Shown in pieces: positions 27,609 through 36,855 of a DNA stretch of 64,000 nt. The stretch covers positions 3,320 to 67,319 of the forward strand of contig DASPUY010000274.1 of the NCBI GenBank assembly GCA_035622655.1, in the 5' to 3' direction. The DNA comes from Polyangiaceae bacterium. Lineage in GTDB: Bacteria; Myxococcota_A; Polyangia; Polyangiales; Polyangiaceae. Each line of letters opens with the position of its first letter. Positions within the stretch are counted from its first letter, which is position 1. Under the pieces are notes generated by a model that was given only the letters and a program-made list of their open reading frames with translations, made no database searches and was not told the origin of the DNA. A program made the position numbers and the translations under genes.

Positions 27609-27650
27609 TGTGCCATCCTAACCATGGTTGCCACCCCAGCCTGCCGGTTC

Positions 27651-27739
27651 GCAAAGCGGGCGCATCGACGGACTTGACGCAACGCCAACTATACGACCGC
27701 TCACCGAGCCTCGCCAGTCCGCACACGCGCCCGCTTTGC
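27651..27739. repeat. 13-bp perfect inverted repeat GCAAAGCGGGCGC / GCGCCCGCTTTGC separated by 63 nt
   Basis: The arms are at 27651-27663 and 27727-27739. They bracket the candidate erpA promoter. Confidence 0.85.
27688..27716 (-). promoter_or_regulatory. candidate erpA promoter (TGGCGA-N17-TATAGT)
   Basis: On the minus strand there is a good -10 TATAGT (27693..27688) and a weak -35 (27716..27711). It lies about 80 nt upstream of the erpA ATG. Confidence 0.25.
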
Positions 27740-27743
27740 CCGG

Positions 27744-29045
27744 TTACTCGTGACCTACGCCACCTACGCCATCAATGCCGGGACTCTCGCCTTGAATGGC
27801 AAGCAGCGTTCCCCGACGACACACCGCAAGGAATGCGCCGGGCCTCAACGGAGTGATGCCGACGACGGCTGAATCGATCGCCGCCCGGCCGCCTGCCGGC
27901 GCGGGGCACGGATCGGAAATCCGCTGGACCTCGGGCTGTGAGGAACCCAGGTGCGCGACGACACCCAGGGCCCCGTCAGCGGCGGCAAACGCCAAAGTTC
28001 CTTCGGAGTCCGCGAGCAGCGGTGCTTGGGGGATCGCGCTCCGCAGACCGACCCCGCCGTCCATGACCGGGAGCGGCGACGAGCCGATCCACGCCTGACC
28101 AATCTCGCCACCGCGACCGTCCAACGCCAGGGCGACCTCCCCGCCGGCCGCGAGGGCCAGCAGCGACACGGTTTCGCGCTGCACGACAGGGGAACTGACC
28201 CAGAGACTCCCGGTCGCCGACGCTCGCAGGGACACGCTTCCGGTGACGAGATCGGCGGCGAACAGTCGGGAGCCGCCGGCTGCGATTGCAAAAAGGACGT
28301 GACCATTTCCCAGCGCCGGCGTCGCGTCGATCGAGGCATCCAAGCTCGCCACGCGCGTGGGCTCGAGCGCCCCCGGGTTCCACGTCCAGACCGTCCCATT
28401 GGTCGTCACCACGGCAATCTGGTTCGGCTCGGCGGCGAGGATGGAGGCGGCCGTCTCGGAGAGTACGAGGCGGGCGCGTTCATGCCCCTCGGCGTCCAGG
28501 ACGACGATCGCGTTGCCGGCCGCGACGATCACCCCCCCGTCGTCGAGCGCGAGCGGGTGCGGCCGTGCCGAGTCTCCACGCGCGAGCTTCGTGCGCCACC
28601 GCAAGAAGCCCTCTCGGACCGCGACCGCAGCACCGCTGCCGTCGACGAAGACGATCGTCCCGTCGCGCAGGACGGTGCTCGGACCGGGCTGCGCGAAATT
28701 GGTCGCAAGACGCCAGAGCTCCTCGCCCGTCGGCGATAGGGCCACGACGTCCCCCCGTTCGCCCACCACGTAGATGTTTCCTTGGGCGTCCAGAACCGGA
28801 GCATGCTCGACGGACATGCCCAGCGACGCGCGCCACCCGATCCGGAGCCGGCCCGATGGCAAGCGGGTTGCCGACGCGCCGGGGGGCGCGTCATTCAGGG
28901 CCGCGGAGGCCGTGCGCAACGAGGGCGTTCCGACGACGAGTAGGCTTGGGCGCTCGACGTCCACGGTTTGTCCCCATGCCGTGGCGAGCGGCACGAGGGC
29001 CCAGCCAATCGCAGCCGCAAACCTCACGGCCCGGCGCAGGATCAT
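27744..29045 (-). CDS. secreted PQQ-like / BamB-like beta-propeller repeat protein
   Basis: Start at ATG 29045 makes an ATGA overlap with the upstream gene's stop. Signal peptide FAAAIGWALVPLATAWGQ. Repeated motifs such as APVLDAQGNIYVVGERGDVVALSPTGEELW and TVLRDGTIVFVDGSGAAVAV. The upstream 349 codons of track ORF 27744..30092 are Arg-rich and out of frame with the real upstream gene, and were rejected. Confidence 0.6.
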   Translation of the reverse strand: MILRRAVRFAAAIGWALVPLATAWGQTVDVERPSLLVVGTPSLRTASAALNDAPPGASATRLPSGRLRIGWRASLGMSVEHAPVLDAQGNIYVVGERGDVVALSPTGEELWRLATNFAQPGPSTVLRDGTIVFVDGSGAAVAVREGFLRWRTKLARGDSARPHPLALDDGGVIVAAGNAIVVLDAEGHERARLVLSETAASILAAEPNQIAVVTTNGTVWTWNPGALEPTRVASLDASIDATPALGNGHVLFAIAAGGSRLFAADLVTGSVSLRASATGSLWVSSPVVQRETVSLLALAAGGEVALALDGRGGEIGQAWIGSSPLPVMDGGVGLRSAIPQAPLLADSEGTLAFAAADGALGVVAHLGSSQPEVQRISDPCPAPAGGRAAIDSAVVGITPLRPGAFLAVCRRGTLLAIQGESPGIDGVGGVGHE

Positions 29046-30811
29046 TTCTTCGGCGGCAGGACGAAAGCTGCCTCGAGCTCCGGCACCGTCTGGCCGGGCG
29101 ACGAGCTGAACGGGCGCGTGATGAAGCCGAATGCCCGAATGATTTTTCCGCGCGCTGAAGAGGCGTCTCCAGCGATGATGACCCGCACGAGGCATGGGCC
29201 CTTCGCACAGCCGCGCCTGTCGTCGACGAGAACGACCGTTCGATGACCGGCAGTGCGCGACTCGATCACGTCGCCGTCGATGACCATCGGCTGGCCGATG
29301 GAGGCTGCGAGGTCGCTCATCGCTGCGTCGTAACCGAGCGTCGGCTGATGCTCGAACTCCCTGGCTTCGGTCGCGAGGCTGCCCACCCGTTTCACGTGGA
29401 TGTCGATCGTTCGAGGCGAGAAAACCGGGGTCTGGCCACGCACTTGGATCGATCGTTCGCCGAACGCCGGAAGAGGAACGGTCGATTCGAAGGAGCCGTC
29501 GGCGCTCACCTCGACCGGTGCGTTGTCGATGGTGACCGACGCGCCCTTGGCTGCCCGGCCCGCGAGCACGAAGCGGTCGGTCTCGAAGACGGCGTGCTCG
29601 CCCGGAACGTCGACCCGCAGGGGCGCAACCGAAACACGAGCGCTTACCGTACCTTGCGCCGGCAGCGTGCCCGCGCCTGGGGGAACGATCCTGTATCCGA
29701 CGTCGACGGCGACGACGCGTGACTCGTCCGCGGGTCCTCGAGTCGCCGAGGACTCGTCGATTGCCAACTCGCCGACCCCGGAGGGTTCGAGAACGACGTG
29801 CTTGCCGTCGACCGTTACCTCGCTCCCTGCCAGCGCCTCGACGTGAACGACGATTTCGGCGCGAGGGTTGCTCATGGGCGAAACGTCCGCGCTGATCCGG
29901 TAGGCAACGGGAACGATCACGGAGACCACCTCGTCCCGTCCGATCCCCGGCCGGTCGATGCGCAGCGACAGCGGGTTGGCGCCGACGTGGAGCGGTTCGG
30001 GGAGCGTGACCTCTGCTTCGCCGGAAACGAACGTGGCCTGCACGCCCTCGACCCCGGCAGTGGTTCCGTCCCTGCAGCTGCGAGGATCGCAATGCAAGAG
30101 CAGAATGTCCTTTCCTTCCGACGACGACCGTGCGCCCGCCGAGATCGGCGCGGTGCCGCGCAGGACCAGGACCACCGTGATTCCACTCACGAGCACCAGA
30201 ACGCCCAGCACGAGGGCGACGGTCGCGAGAGGAACGCCGCGTTTGGGCATGTCCGTCGGAGGGACAGGCGCCGCAATCTCCGGCAGCGGTTCGGGGGGTG
30301 GTACAATTGTCGCGTCGGGCGTCGTCCGAGGGCGGACGGGGGCACCCGCAGGACCGGAAAGCAGAGGCGGGGGCTCGAGCGGTGGCGGTTCGCCGGGGCG
30401 CAGCGGCGCGATGCCGGGCGTGGCGACGCCCATCATCGTCTGCTTGGGGTTGAGCGGCCGGGTGGCCGGTGCCTGGGCCGTTCGTTCTCCGCGGACCGTC
30501 GCGGCCGCGGGCACTCGATCTCCCGCCTGGGGAATGCCGATCATCGTCTTGTGCAGCGGAACTCCGGCTCGCGTGGGGGGCGGGGCGTCTTCGGCCGAGC
30601 GAGCTCGGATGGCCCCGAAATGGAGCAGGGTCTTCGCGCCTACCGGCGCCGGGGACGACTGGGAAGATTCAGTCGGTGGGGCCGCCGGGTCACGAGCCGC
30701 TGCGGTAACGGCTGTGCCGCATTCCGCGCAAAAGTTCGCCCCGCGCGTCAGCGGCTCGCCGCATTGCAGGCAACGGCGCTCGGTCATTGTGCCATTGTTC
30801 CCCATCGTCAC
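29042..30811 (-). CDS. zinc-ribbon / Pro-rich / single-TM protein with large extracytoplasmic beta-rich domain (hypothetical)
   Basis: N-terminal CLQCGEPLTRGANFCAECG zinc ribbon, a roughly 170-aa Pro-rich linker, a TM helix (LATVALVLGVLVLVSGITVVLVL), then Ig-like-looking repeats. The start could be GTG 30811, ATG 30805 or ATG 30787. Confidence 0.55.
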   Translation of the reverse strand: MTMGNNGTMTERRCLQCGEPLTRGANFCAECGTAVTAAARDPAAPPTESSQSSPAPVGAKTLLHFGAIRARSAEDAPPPTRAGVPLHKTMIGIPQAGDRVPAAATVRGERTAQAPATRPLNPKQTMMGVATPGIAPLRPGEPPPLEPPPLLSGPAGAPVRPRTTPDATIVPPPEPLPEIAAPVPPTDMPKRGVPLATVALVLGVLVLVSGITVVLVLRGTAPISAGARSSSEGKDILLLHCDPRSCRDGTTAGVEGVQATFVSGEAEVTLPEPLHVGANPLSLRIDRPGIGRDEVVSVIVPVAYRISADVSPMSNPRAEIVVHVEALAGSEVTVDGKHVVLEPSGVGELAIDESSATRGPADESRVVAVDVGYRIVPPGAGTLPAQGTVSARVSVAPLRVDVPGEHAVFETDRFVLAGRAAKGASVTIDNAPVEVSADGSFESTVPLPAFGERSIQVRGQTPVFSPRTIDIHVKRVGSLATEAREFEHQPTLGYDAAMSDLAASIGQPMVIDGDVIESRTAGHRTVVLVDDRRGCAKGPCLVRVIIAGDASSARGKIIRAFGFITRPFSSSPGQTVPELEAAFVLPPKK

Positions 30812-30903
30812 CGCCTGGACGCGTCGGCCGCTCGGTCGATGATATACGTCGGCGCTGTGTTGCGCGCGTTTCTGTTCGACAGTGGGCCGAGGGACGGGCG
30901 AGG

Positions 30904-31716
30904 ATGCACTGCGTCTTGCGGTTGTTCGTCCTTGGGAGCGGATCGAGCGGAAACTGCCTGGTGGTGGAGGGCGATGGCGAACGACTGGTCGTCGATGCCG
31001 GGCTCGGCCCGGTCCGGGCGGTCGAGCGGATGCGTGCCCTCGGGACCGACCTGTTCACGGGCCGCAGCCCGCTCGCGCTGCTGGTGACGCACGATCACGC
31101 CGACCATTCGTCTCACGCCTTGTCGCTCGCGCGGGCGCTGAGGACACCCATCTTCGCCCACGATGGCGTCGCGATCGATCGCGCCCGTCGGCGCACCGAG
31201 GTCCGACCGTACGCGCCGAATGGCTCGAGCTCCGTCGGGCCATTTCGGGTGGATTCGCTCTGCGTTCCGCACGACGCACCGCAGGTGGCCCTTCGTATTT
31301 CGGTCGGTGCGCGGAGCGTGGGCATTGCGACCGATCTCGGCCACGCGCCCCGGGCGCTGTGCACATTTCTGGCGCAATGCGACCTCGTCCTGCTCGAGGC
31401 GAATCATTGCCCCGAGATGCTTGCGACAGGACCTTATCCGATTCGCCTGCAACGTCGCATCGGCGGTCCGCTCGGACACCTCGCGAACCATCAGACCGCC
31501 GGCGTCGCGGTGGCGCTGGAGGATACGCGCGTGAGCCGCCTCGTCCTGCTCCACCTGTCGCGCGCGAACAACACTCCGCAGCGCGCCCTCGACGTCGTCG
31601 GTTCCCGCATCCGCCGGCTTGCCGTCGAAGTGCTGCCCCACGGGGAGGCGCGACGGTGGGAGGTGGGAGCGGCGACGGGGGACCGCTGCGCCGAGCAACT
31701 TGCGTTTGCGTTTTAG
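30904..31716 (+). CDS. MBL-fold metallo-hydrolase
   Basis: Internal ATG (MHCVLRLFVLGSGSSGNC). HxHxDH motif is present (LLVTHDHADHS). Confidence 0.8.
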   Translation: MHCVLRLFVLGSGSSGNCLVVEGDGERLVVDAGLGPVRAVERMRALGTDLFTGRSPLALLVTHDHADHSSHALSLARALRTPIFAHDGVAIDRARRRTEVRPYAPNGSSSVGPFRVDSLCVPHDAPQVALRISVGARSVGIATDLGHAPRALCTFLAQCDLVLLEANHCPEMLATGPYPIRLQRRIGGPLGHLANHQTAGVAVALEDTRVSRLVLLHLSRANNTPQRALDVVGSRIRRLAVEVLPHGEARRWEVGAATGDRCAEQLAFAF

Positions 31717-31737
31717 GGCTCGGATTAGGGCTCGGAT
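31714..31737 (+). repeat. 12-bp tandem repeat TAGGGCTCGGAT x2
   Basis: Read directly. The first unit includes the MBL-hydrolase TAG stop. It lies about 40 nt upstream of yggX. Confidence 0.8.
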
Positions 31738-31775
31738 TGGCGCTGGAACCGCCGTCCGGCTATCTGGGGCTGGTC

Positions 31776-32066
31776 ATGTCCGAGCGTATCGTCCACTGCC
31801 GCCTGCTCAAAAAGGACCTCCCTGGTCTGGATCGTCCTCCGTTCCGCAACGACCTGGGACAACGTATTTTCGAAGACGTGTCCAAGGAGGGTTGGCAGCA
31901 GTGGCTGAAGGATTCCGTTCGCTTCATCAACACGTATCGTCTCGACCTGGCAACCACCGAAGGGCAGAGCTTCATGCTCAAGCAATGCGCCATCTACTTC
32001 GGGTACGAGCAGGGTGAGGCGGCCCAGACTGCATGGACCGCTCCAGCCGAGGCGGAAAAGCGATGA
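31776..32066 (+). CDS. yggX: Fe(2+)-trafficking / oxidative-damage protection protein YggX
   Basis: 96 aa from the internal ATG. Motifs seen: IVHCRLLKKDLPGLDRPPF...LGQRIFEDVSKEGWQQWL...INTYRLD. Confidence 0.85.
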   Translation: MSERIVHCRLLKKDLPGLDRPPFRNDLGQRIFEDVSKEGWQQWLKDSVRFINTYRLDLATTEGQSFMLKQCAIYFGYEQGEAAQTAWTAPAEAEKR

Positions 32067-32118
32067 CGGCAGCGCATCGTCGTCAGCGATTACCGAGGTG
32101 ACCAGTCGAGGACAACCT

Positions 32119-35100
32119 GTGACGACGACGACGGACGGAGCCGCGAGGACGCCTACGGTCGATCCCGAAAGGGATCGACTCCTTTCGAACGACGCCGGGC
32201 CGGGTCCGCGCATGCCGCTCGGCGTCGACGGCTTCGTTTACGCGGACCTGTACCATCCTGACAGGCTCCGCCAGCTGTACGACGCGTTCAATTTATGGTT
32301 CGAGCACGAGTCGCTGGAGCATTACGAGCGCTTCGCGACCTACCGCGCTTGCAAAGGCCATGGCATGCGCGCGACGGACGTCAGCGCCGCCCTTCTCGCT
32401 GCCGCGCCCTACGTTGGCCACTTCGTTGCCAAGCTCTTCGGGGTGCTTCCGGAAACCGATCGATTCCGCGAGAACGTCCTCCAGCACGACCCCCTCTGGC
32501 ACTTTCGCAGGGACTTTCTCAAGAAGCGAGTGCTTCGCCCGGACGCCGGCAAGACCTGGACCCGTGGCCCGGACGCGGCCAGCGCGATTGCTCGGGCCGC
32601 GCTCCAGGCGATGACAGCCGCACCCATCGGCGGAACGACCGACGAAGAAGGCACGATCGCGAATGCGGCGCTTCCGCTGCTCGAGATCGACGATACCGCT
32701 CGCAGAGCCGCGAAGGCGGGTGGCGTCCAGTGGACGGAAGAGCTGCGAATGCGCGCGCAGAGAGTGCGGGCGGCATTGATTCCCGTCGCCCCCGAGGAGT
32801 TCCCTCCCGCCGGTGGCGCAGCGGACGGTGACGGGGAGCTCGGACGCATCGTCGGGTTTGCCCTCGACGCCCTGGAGGCGTGGCTAGCCGCGCGTCGGAG
32901 CGACGAGCGCGATTCGATTCGACGCTGGCCGACGATGCATGTCCCAAAGACGCTGGATTATGCACGACTCGTCACGATGGATCGTCCCGATCCGTCGACC
33001 CCCGAGCTTCTCGTGGGGCCCGCTCACGACCGCCGCGAACGACTGGGGTTCGGGCTCACCGATCCGCGTATGGCGCAGCGAGAGGTCGAGAGGGAAATCG
33101 ACTACTGCATGCTCTGCCACGACCGGGAGAAAGACTCGTGCAGCAAGGGGCTCGTCGACCCGAAGACGGGCGGTTACAAGAAGAACCCGCTCGGTGTCTC
33201 GCTTGCCGGCTGCCCGCTGGAAGAAAAGATCAGCGAGATGCACGCGATGCGCAGCACGGGCGAGCTCCTCGCTGCGATGGCGCTCATCGCGATCGACAAC
33301 CCGATGTGCCCCGGAACGGGCCACCGGATTTGCAACGATTGCATGAAGGCTTGCATTTTCCAAAAGCAGGAGCCCGTCAATATTCCGCAGGTCGAGACTC
33401 GGGTGCTGACCGAGACGCTTGCGCTTCCCTGGGGGTTGGAAATCTATCAGCTGCTCACTCGCTGGAATCCGCTCAACGTCGAACGGCCGCACATGCGGCC
33501 GTACACCGGCAGGAACGTCCTCGTCGTGGGGCTGGGGCCCGCCGGCTACACGCTCGCGCATCACCTTGCCTGCGAAGGGCTCGGCGTCGTCGCAGTGGAC
33601 GGACTCAAGATCGAGCCCCTCGATTCCGCTCTCGCAGGGTTCGACGGGAAGTCGCCGGCACCCGTCCGGAGCGCGGCGTCGCTCTATTCGGAGCTCGCCG
33701 AACGCAAGCTCCTGGGCTTCGGAGGCGTCAGCGAGTACGGCATCACCGTGCGATGGGACAAGAATTTCCTCACGGTTGTCCAGCTGACGCTCGCGCGTAA
33801 TCCGCACGTTCGCATGTACGGCGGCATCCGGTTCGGAGGAACGATCACGCTCGAGGATGCGTGGGAGCTCGGTTTCGACCACGTCGCGATCTCCGCTGGA
33901 GCGGGGCGTCCCACCATCATCGACATGAAGAACAACCTGTCGCGGGGCATCCGGAAGGCCAGCGACTTCTTGATGGGGCTGCAGCTCACCGGCGCCTACA
34001 AGCACACGAGCATCGCGAACCTGCAAGTGAGCTTGCCCGCGATCGTCATCGGAGGCGGTCTTACGGCAATCGACACCGCGACGGAGCTTCTTGCGTATTA
34101 CCAGGTGCAGGTCGAGAAGGAGCTCGAGCGATACGAGCTGCTGCTGCGTCGCGGACACTCGGAAGACGACCTGCGCAAACGTTTCGACGACGAGGAGTGG
34201 GCAGCGCTCGAGCAGCATCTGGCTCACGGACGTGAGCTGCGTGACGAGAAGAAACGTGCGGCGCTGGAGGGGCGTGAGCCGCGCGTACAGGCGCTGCTCG
34301 ACGCGTGGGGCGGCGTGACACTCGTGTACCGCAAAGAGTTGAAGGATTCACCGGCGTACCGGCTGAACCACGAGGAGGTCGCGAAGAGCCTCGAAGAAGG
34401 GGTGCGCTACATGGAGAACATGTCGCCCGTCGAGGCGGTTCTCGACGCGCGCGAGCACGTGAAAGCAGTGCGCTTCAGGAGAGTGGATGGAAGCACGATC
34501 GACCTGCCTGCCCGTACGGTCTGCGTGGCGGCCGGTACGAGCCCGAACGTCATCTACGAGAAGGAGTACCCCGGAACGTTCGAGCTCGACGATCGCAAGC
34601 AATATTTCCGTCCCTACGTCGCCAAGGTCGACGCCGAAGGGCACGTCGCTCTCGAGAGAGCTGCCACGGCGGGCGCGGGTTTTTTCACGAGCTACCTGAA
34701 GGACGGGCGCACGGTCTCGTTCTACGGCGACAACCACCCGCACTACGCGGGGAGCGTCGTCAAGGCGATGGCCAGCGCCAAGGACGGTTACCCCCACGTC
34801 GTTGCGCTTTTTCCTCTCGCTCGACGTCTCGACGGAGAGTCGCAAGAAACTCGCGACGCTCGCCTTCGAGCATTGTTCGCCAGGCTCGACCGTGAGCTCG
34901 TCCCCACGGTTCACTGCGTCAATCGACTTACCTCGACCATCGTCGAGATCGTCGTGCACGCGCCCATGGCAGCGCGCAAATTCCAGCCTGGCCAGTTCTA
35001 CAGGCTGCAAAATTTCGAGACGTTCGCCCCCTTCATCGCACTCGAGAGCCGAAGCGACGGAGCCGAGAGCGAGGTCGGGACTCGCGCTCGGCTCGCGATG

Positions 35101-35919
35101 GAGGGCTTGGCTCTGACCGGAGCATGGGTCGAGCCGGACAGGGGGCTCATCGGCACGATCGTGCTCGAGATGGGGGGCAGCTCCCGGCTGTGCGCGGCGC
35201 TTCGGCCGGGCGAGCCGATCGTGCTCATGGGGCCGACGGGTCAGCCGACCGAGATTGCGACGAACGAAACCGTCTTGCTCTGCGGCGGCGGGCTCGGTAA
35301 CGCAGTGCTTTTTTCGATTGCTCGCGCCTTCAAGGCGCTCGGGAGCCGCGTTCTTTACTTCGCCGGATACCGGCGCGGCGAGGATCTGTTCAAGCGAGAG
35401 GAGATCGAGCGGTGGACCGATCAGGTCGTCTGGTGTACCGACACGGGAGCGCCGATCGAACCGCTCAGGCCGGACGACAGGCATTTCCGCGGTAACATCG
35501 TTCAGGCGATGCGTGCGTACGGGACTGGCGCGCTCGGCGGACCCCCGAAAGTCGCATTTCGCGACGTCTCTCGAATCATCGCGATCGGGAGCGATGCGAT
35601 GATGAATGCCGTCCGCGAAGCGCGCCATGGCGTGCTCGCGCCATTGCTCGACCCGCGTCACGTGGCGATCGGAAGCATCAATTCGCCGATGCAATGCATG
35701 ATGAAGGAGGTGTGCGCGCAGTGCCTCCAGAAGCTGCGCGACCCGACCACGGGTGAAGAGCGGGTGGTCTTCACGTGCTTCAATCAGGATCAGTATCTCG
35801 ATGCCGTCGACTTCCCGCATCTTCGCGAGAGGCTGCGTGCCAACTCGATGCAGGAAAAGCTCAGCGGGGCATGGCTCGACGAGCTGCTCAAGGCATCGCC
35901 CGAGGTCATCCGCGTGTAG
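32119..35919 (+). CDS. large fusion oxidoreductase: unassigned N-terminal domain + GltD/NfnB-like Fe-S/FAD/NAD(P)H module + PyrK/NfnA-like FAD/[2Fe-2S] module
   Basis: Start set at GTG 32119, 7 nt after GAGGA. The track start 32014 would overlap yggX. The GltD-like Cys clusters are present (CMLCHDREKDSC...GCPLEEKI...MCPGTGHRICNDCMKACIF). There are two dinucleotide folds (VLVVGLGPAGYTLAH and AIVIGGGLTAIDTA). The C-terminus looks like PyrK (FQPGQFYRL, GPTGQP, LLCGGGLGNAVL, CMMKEVCAQCLQK...FTCFNQDQ). Confidence 0.8.
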   Translation: MTTTTDGAARTPTVDPERDRLLSNDAGPGPRMPLGVDGFVYADLYHPDRLRQLYDAFNLWFEHESLEHYERFATYRACKGHGMRATDVSAALLAAAPYVGHFVAKLFGVLPETDRFRENVLQHDPLWHFRRDFLKKRVLRPDAGKTWTRGPDAASAIARAALQAMTAAPIGGTTDEEGTIANAALPLLEIDDTARRAAKAGGVQWTEELRMRAQRVRAALIPVAPEEFPPAGGAADGDGELGRIVGFALDALEAWLAARRSDERDSIRRWPTMHVPKTLDYARLVTMDRPDPSTPELLVGPAHDRRERLGFGLTDPRMAQREVEREIDYCMLCHDREKDSCSKGLVDPKTGGYKKNPLGVSLAGCPLEEKISEMHAMRSTGELLAAMALIAIDNPMCPGTGHRICNDCMKACIFQKQEPVNIPQVETRVLTETLALPWGLEIYQLLTRWNPLNVERPHMRPYTGRNVLVVGLGPAGYTLAHHLACEGLGVVAVDGLKIEPLDSALAGFDGKSPAPVRSAASLYSELAERKLLGFGGVSEYGITVRWDKNFLTVVQLTLARNPHVRMYGGIRFGGTITLEDAWELGFDHVAISAGAGRPTIIDMKNNLSRGIRKASDFLMGLQLTGAYKHTSIANLQVSLPAIVIGGGLTAIDTATELLAYYQVQVEKELERYELLLRRGHSEDDLRKRFDDEEWAALEQHLAHGRELRDEKKRAALEGREPRVQALLDAWGGVTLVYRKELKDSPAYRLNHEEVAKSLEEGVRYMENMSPVEAVLDAREHVKAVRFRRVDGSTIDLPARTVCVAAGTSPNVIYEKEYPGTFELDDRKQYFRPYVAKVDAEGHVALERAATAGAGFFTSYLKDGRTVSFYGDNHPHYAGSVVKAMASAKDGYPHVVALFPLARRLDGESQETRDARLRALFARLDRELVPTVHCVNRLTSTIVEIVVHAPMAARKFQPGQFYRLQNFETFAPFIALESRSDGAESEVGTRARLAMEGLALTGAWVEPDRGLIGTIVLEMGGSSRLCAALRPGEPIVLMGPTGQPTEIATNETVLLCGGGLGNAVLFSIARAFKALGSRVLYFAGYRRGEDLFKREEIERWTDQVVWCTDTGAPIEPLRPDDRHFRGNIVQAMRAYGTGALGGPPKVAFRDVSRIIAIGSDAMMNAVREARHGVLAPLLDPRHVAIGSINSPMQCMMKEVCAQCLQKLRDPTTGEERVVFTCFNQDQYLDAVDFPHLRERLRANSMQEKLSGAWLDELLKASPEVIRV

Positions 35920-35922
35920 GGT

Positions 35923-36798
35923 ATGGCCGATCTCGCCTCACTTGCCTCGCTCGACAGCGCCTTCTGGAGGCGCGCCGCGCGGTTCGGCGCTCGCGGCCCG
36001 ACCTGGTTTGCTCGCTACTCGCCGCCCGTCATCGGAGTCGCCATCTGTGCGTTTGCGTCGGACCACCGGCGTGTCATCGCGAGCAATCTGAAACGTGTTC
36101 GCGGACCGTGCAGCCCCCTGCGCGATTCCGTGGACGTTGCCCGCACCTTCGCGACCTACGCCTCGTGTCTGGCGGAGGTGCTCGCGGGCGACGTTCCGGG
36201 GGAGGAGCCTGCGCGCGCATTCGTGCTGGGGGAGGGGCACGTGGACGCGGCGCTCGCGGACGGTCGCGGGATCATTTTTGCCACTGCGCATACCGCCGGC
36301 TGGGAGGCGGTCGGGCGCCTCGTGTGGCCGGACAAGGGCTTGAAGGTCATGATCGTCGAGACCCCGGAGCGCGACGCGGCTGCGCGGGCCATCCAGGACG
36401 AGGCGCGCCGGGCGATCGGCGTTGTCGTGACGCACGTCGGAAGCGATCCGTTCTCGGCGTTGCCGCTCGTGAGGCATCTGCGGGAAGGAGGAGCGGTCGC
36501 GCTGCAAGTCGATCGCTGCCCCGCCGGGCTGCGCGGGCGCGCGGTGAGGATGTTCGGCGAGGACGCGCGGATCCCGGAGGGCCCGCTTCGTCTTTCGGCG
36601 CTGACCGAAGCGCCGATCGTCCCCCTGTTTACGGGGCGAATCGGCCACCGCCGGTACAAAATCGTCGCATATCCTTCGATCCGGATCGGACGTCACGCCG
36701 ACGAAGTCGCTTTCGATGCGGGCGCGCAGCAGCTCGCCGATGCCATTCAAGACTTCGTACGGAGCCACCCGACGCAATGGTTTCATTTTGTGACGTAG
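35923..36798 (+). CDS. lysophospholipid / lipid A (LpxL/HtrB-type) acyltransferase family protein
   Basis: Starts 4 nt after the preceding stop. HX4(D/E) motif in IIFATAHTAGWEAV. Family-typical GGAVALQVDR and EGPLRLSALTEAPIVP. Confidence 0.68.
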   Translation: MADLASLASLDSAFWRRAARFGARGPTWFARYSPPVIGVAICAFASDHRRVIASNLKRVRGPCSPLRDSVDVARTFATYASCLAEVLAGDVPGEEPARAFVLGEGHVDAALADGRGIIFATAHTAGWEAVGRLVWPDKGLKVMIVETPERDAAARAIQDEARRAIGVVVTHVGSDPFSALPLVRHLREGGAVALQVDRCPAGLRGRAVRMFGEDARIPEGPLRLSALTEAPIVPLFTGRIGHRRYKIVAYPSIRIGRHADEVAFDAGAQQLADAIQDFVRSHPTQWFHFVT

Positions 36799-36855
36799 CG
36801 CGGCCGCATCGGGTAGATCCCGGGGAGGCATTGACGTAAAGGTGGCGCTCGTCCC

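Noticed and set aside
29046-30092. Upstream 349 codons of the 782-aa track ORF 27744..30092
   Set aside because: It is Arg-rich and lies out of frame inside the zinc-ribbon protein gene (29042..30811). The beta-propeller protein has its own signal peptide starting at ATG 29045.
32884-35820. 447-aa and 490-aa minus-strand ORFs antisense to the large oxidoreductase
   Set aside because: These are shadow ORFs with Arg/Asp/Leu-skewed composition. The plus-strand frame carries multiple cofactor-binding motifs.
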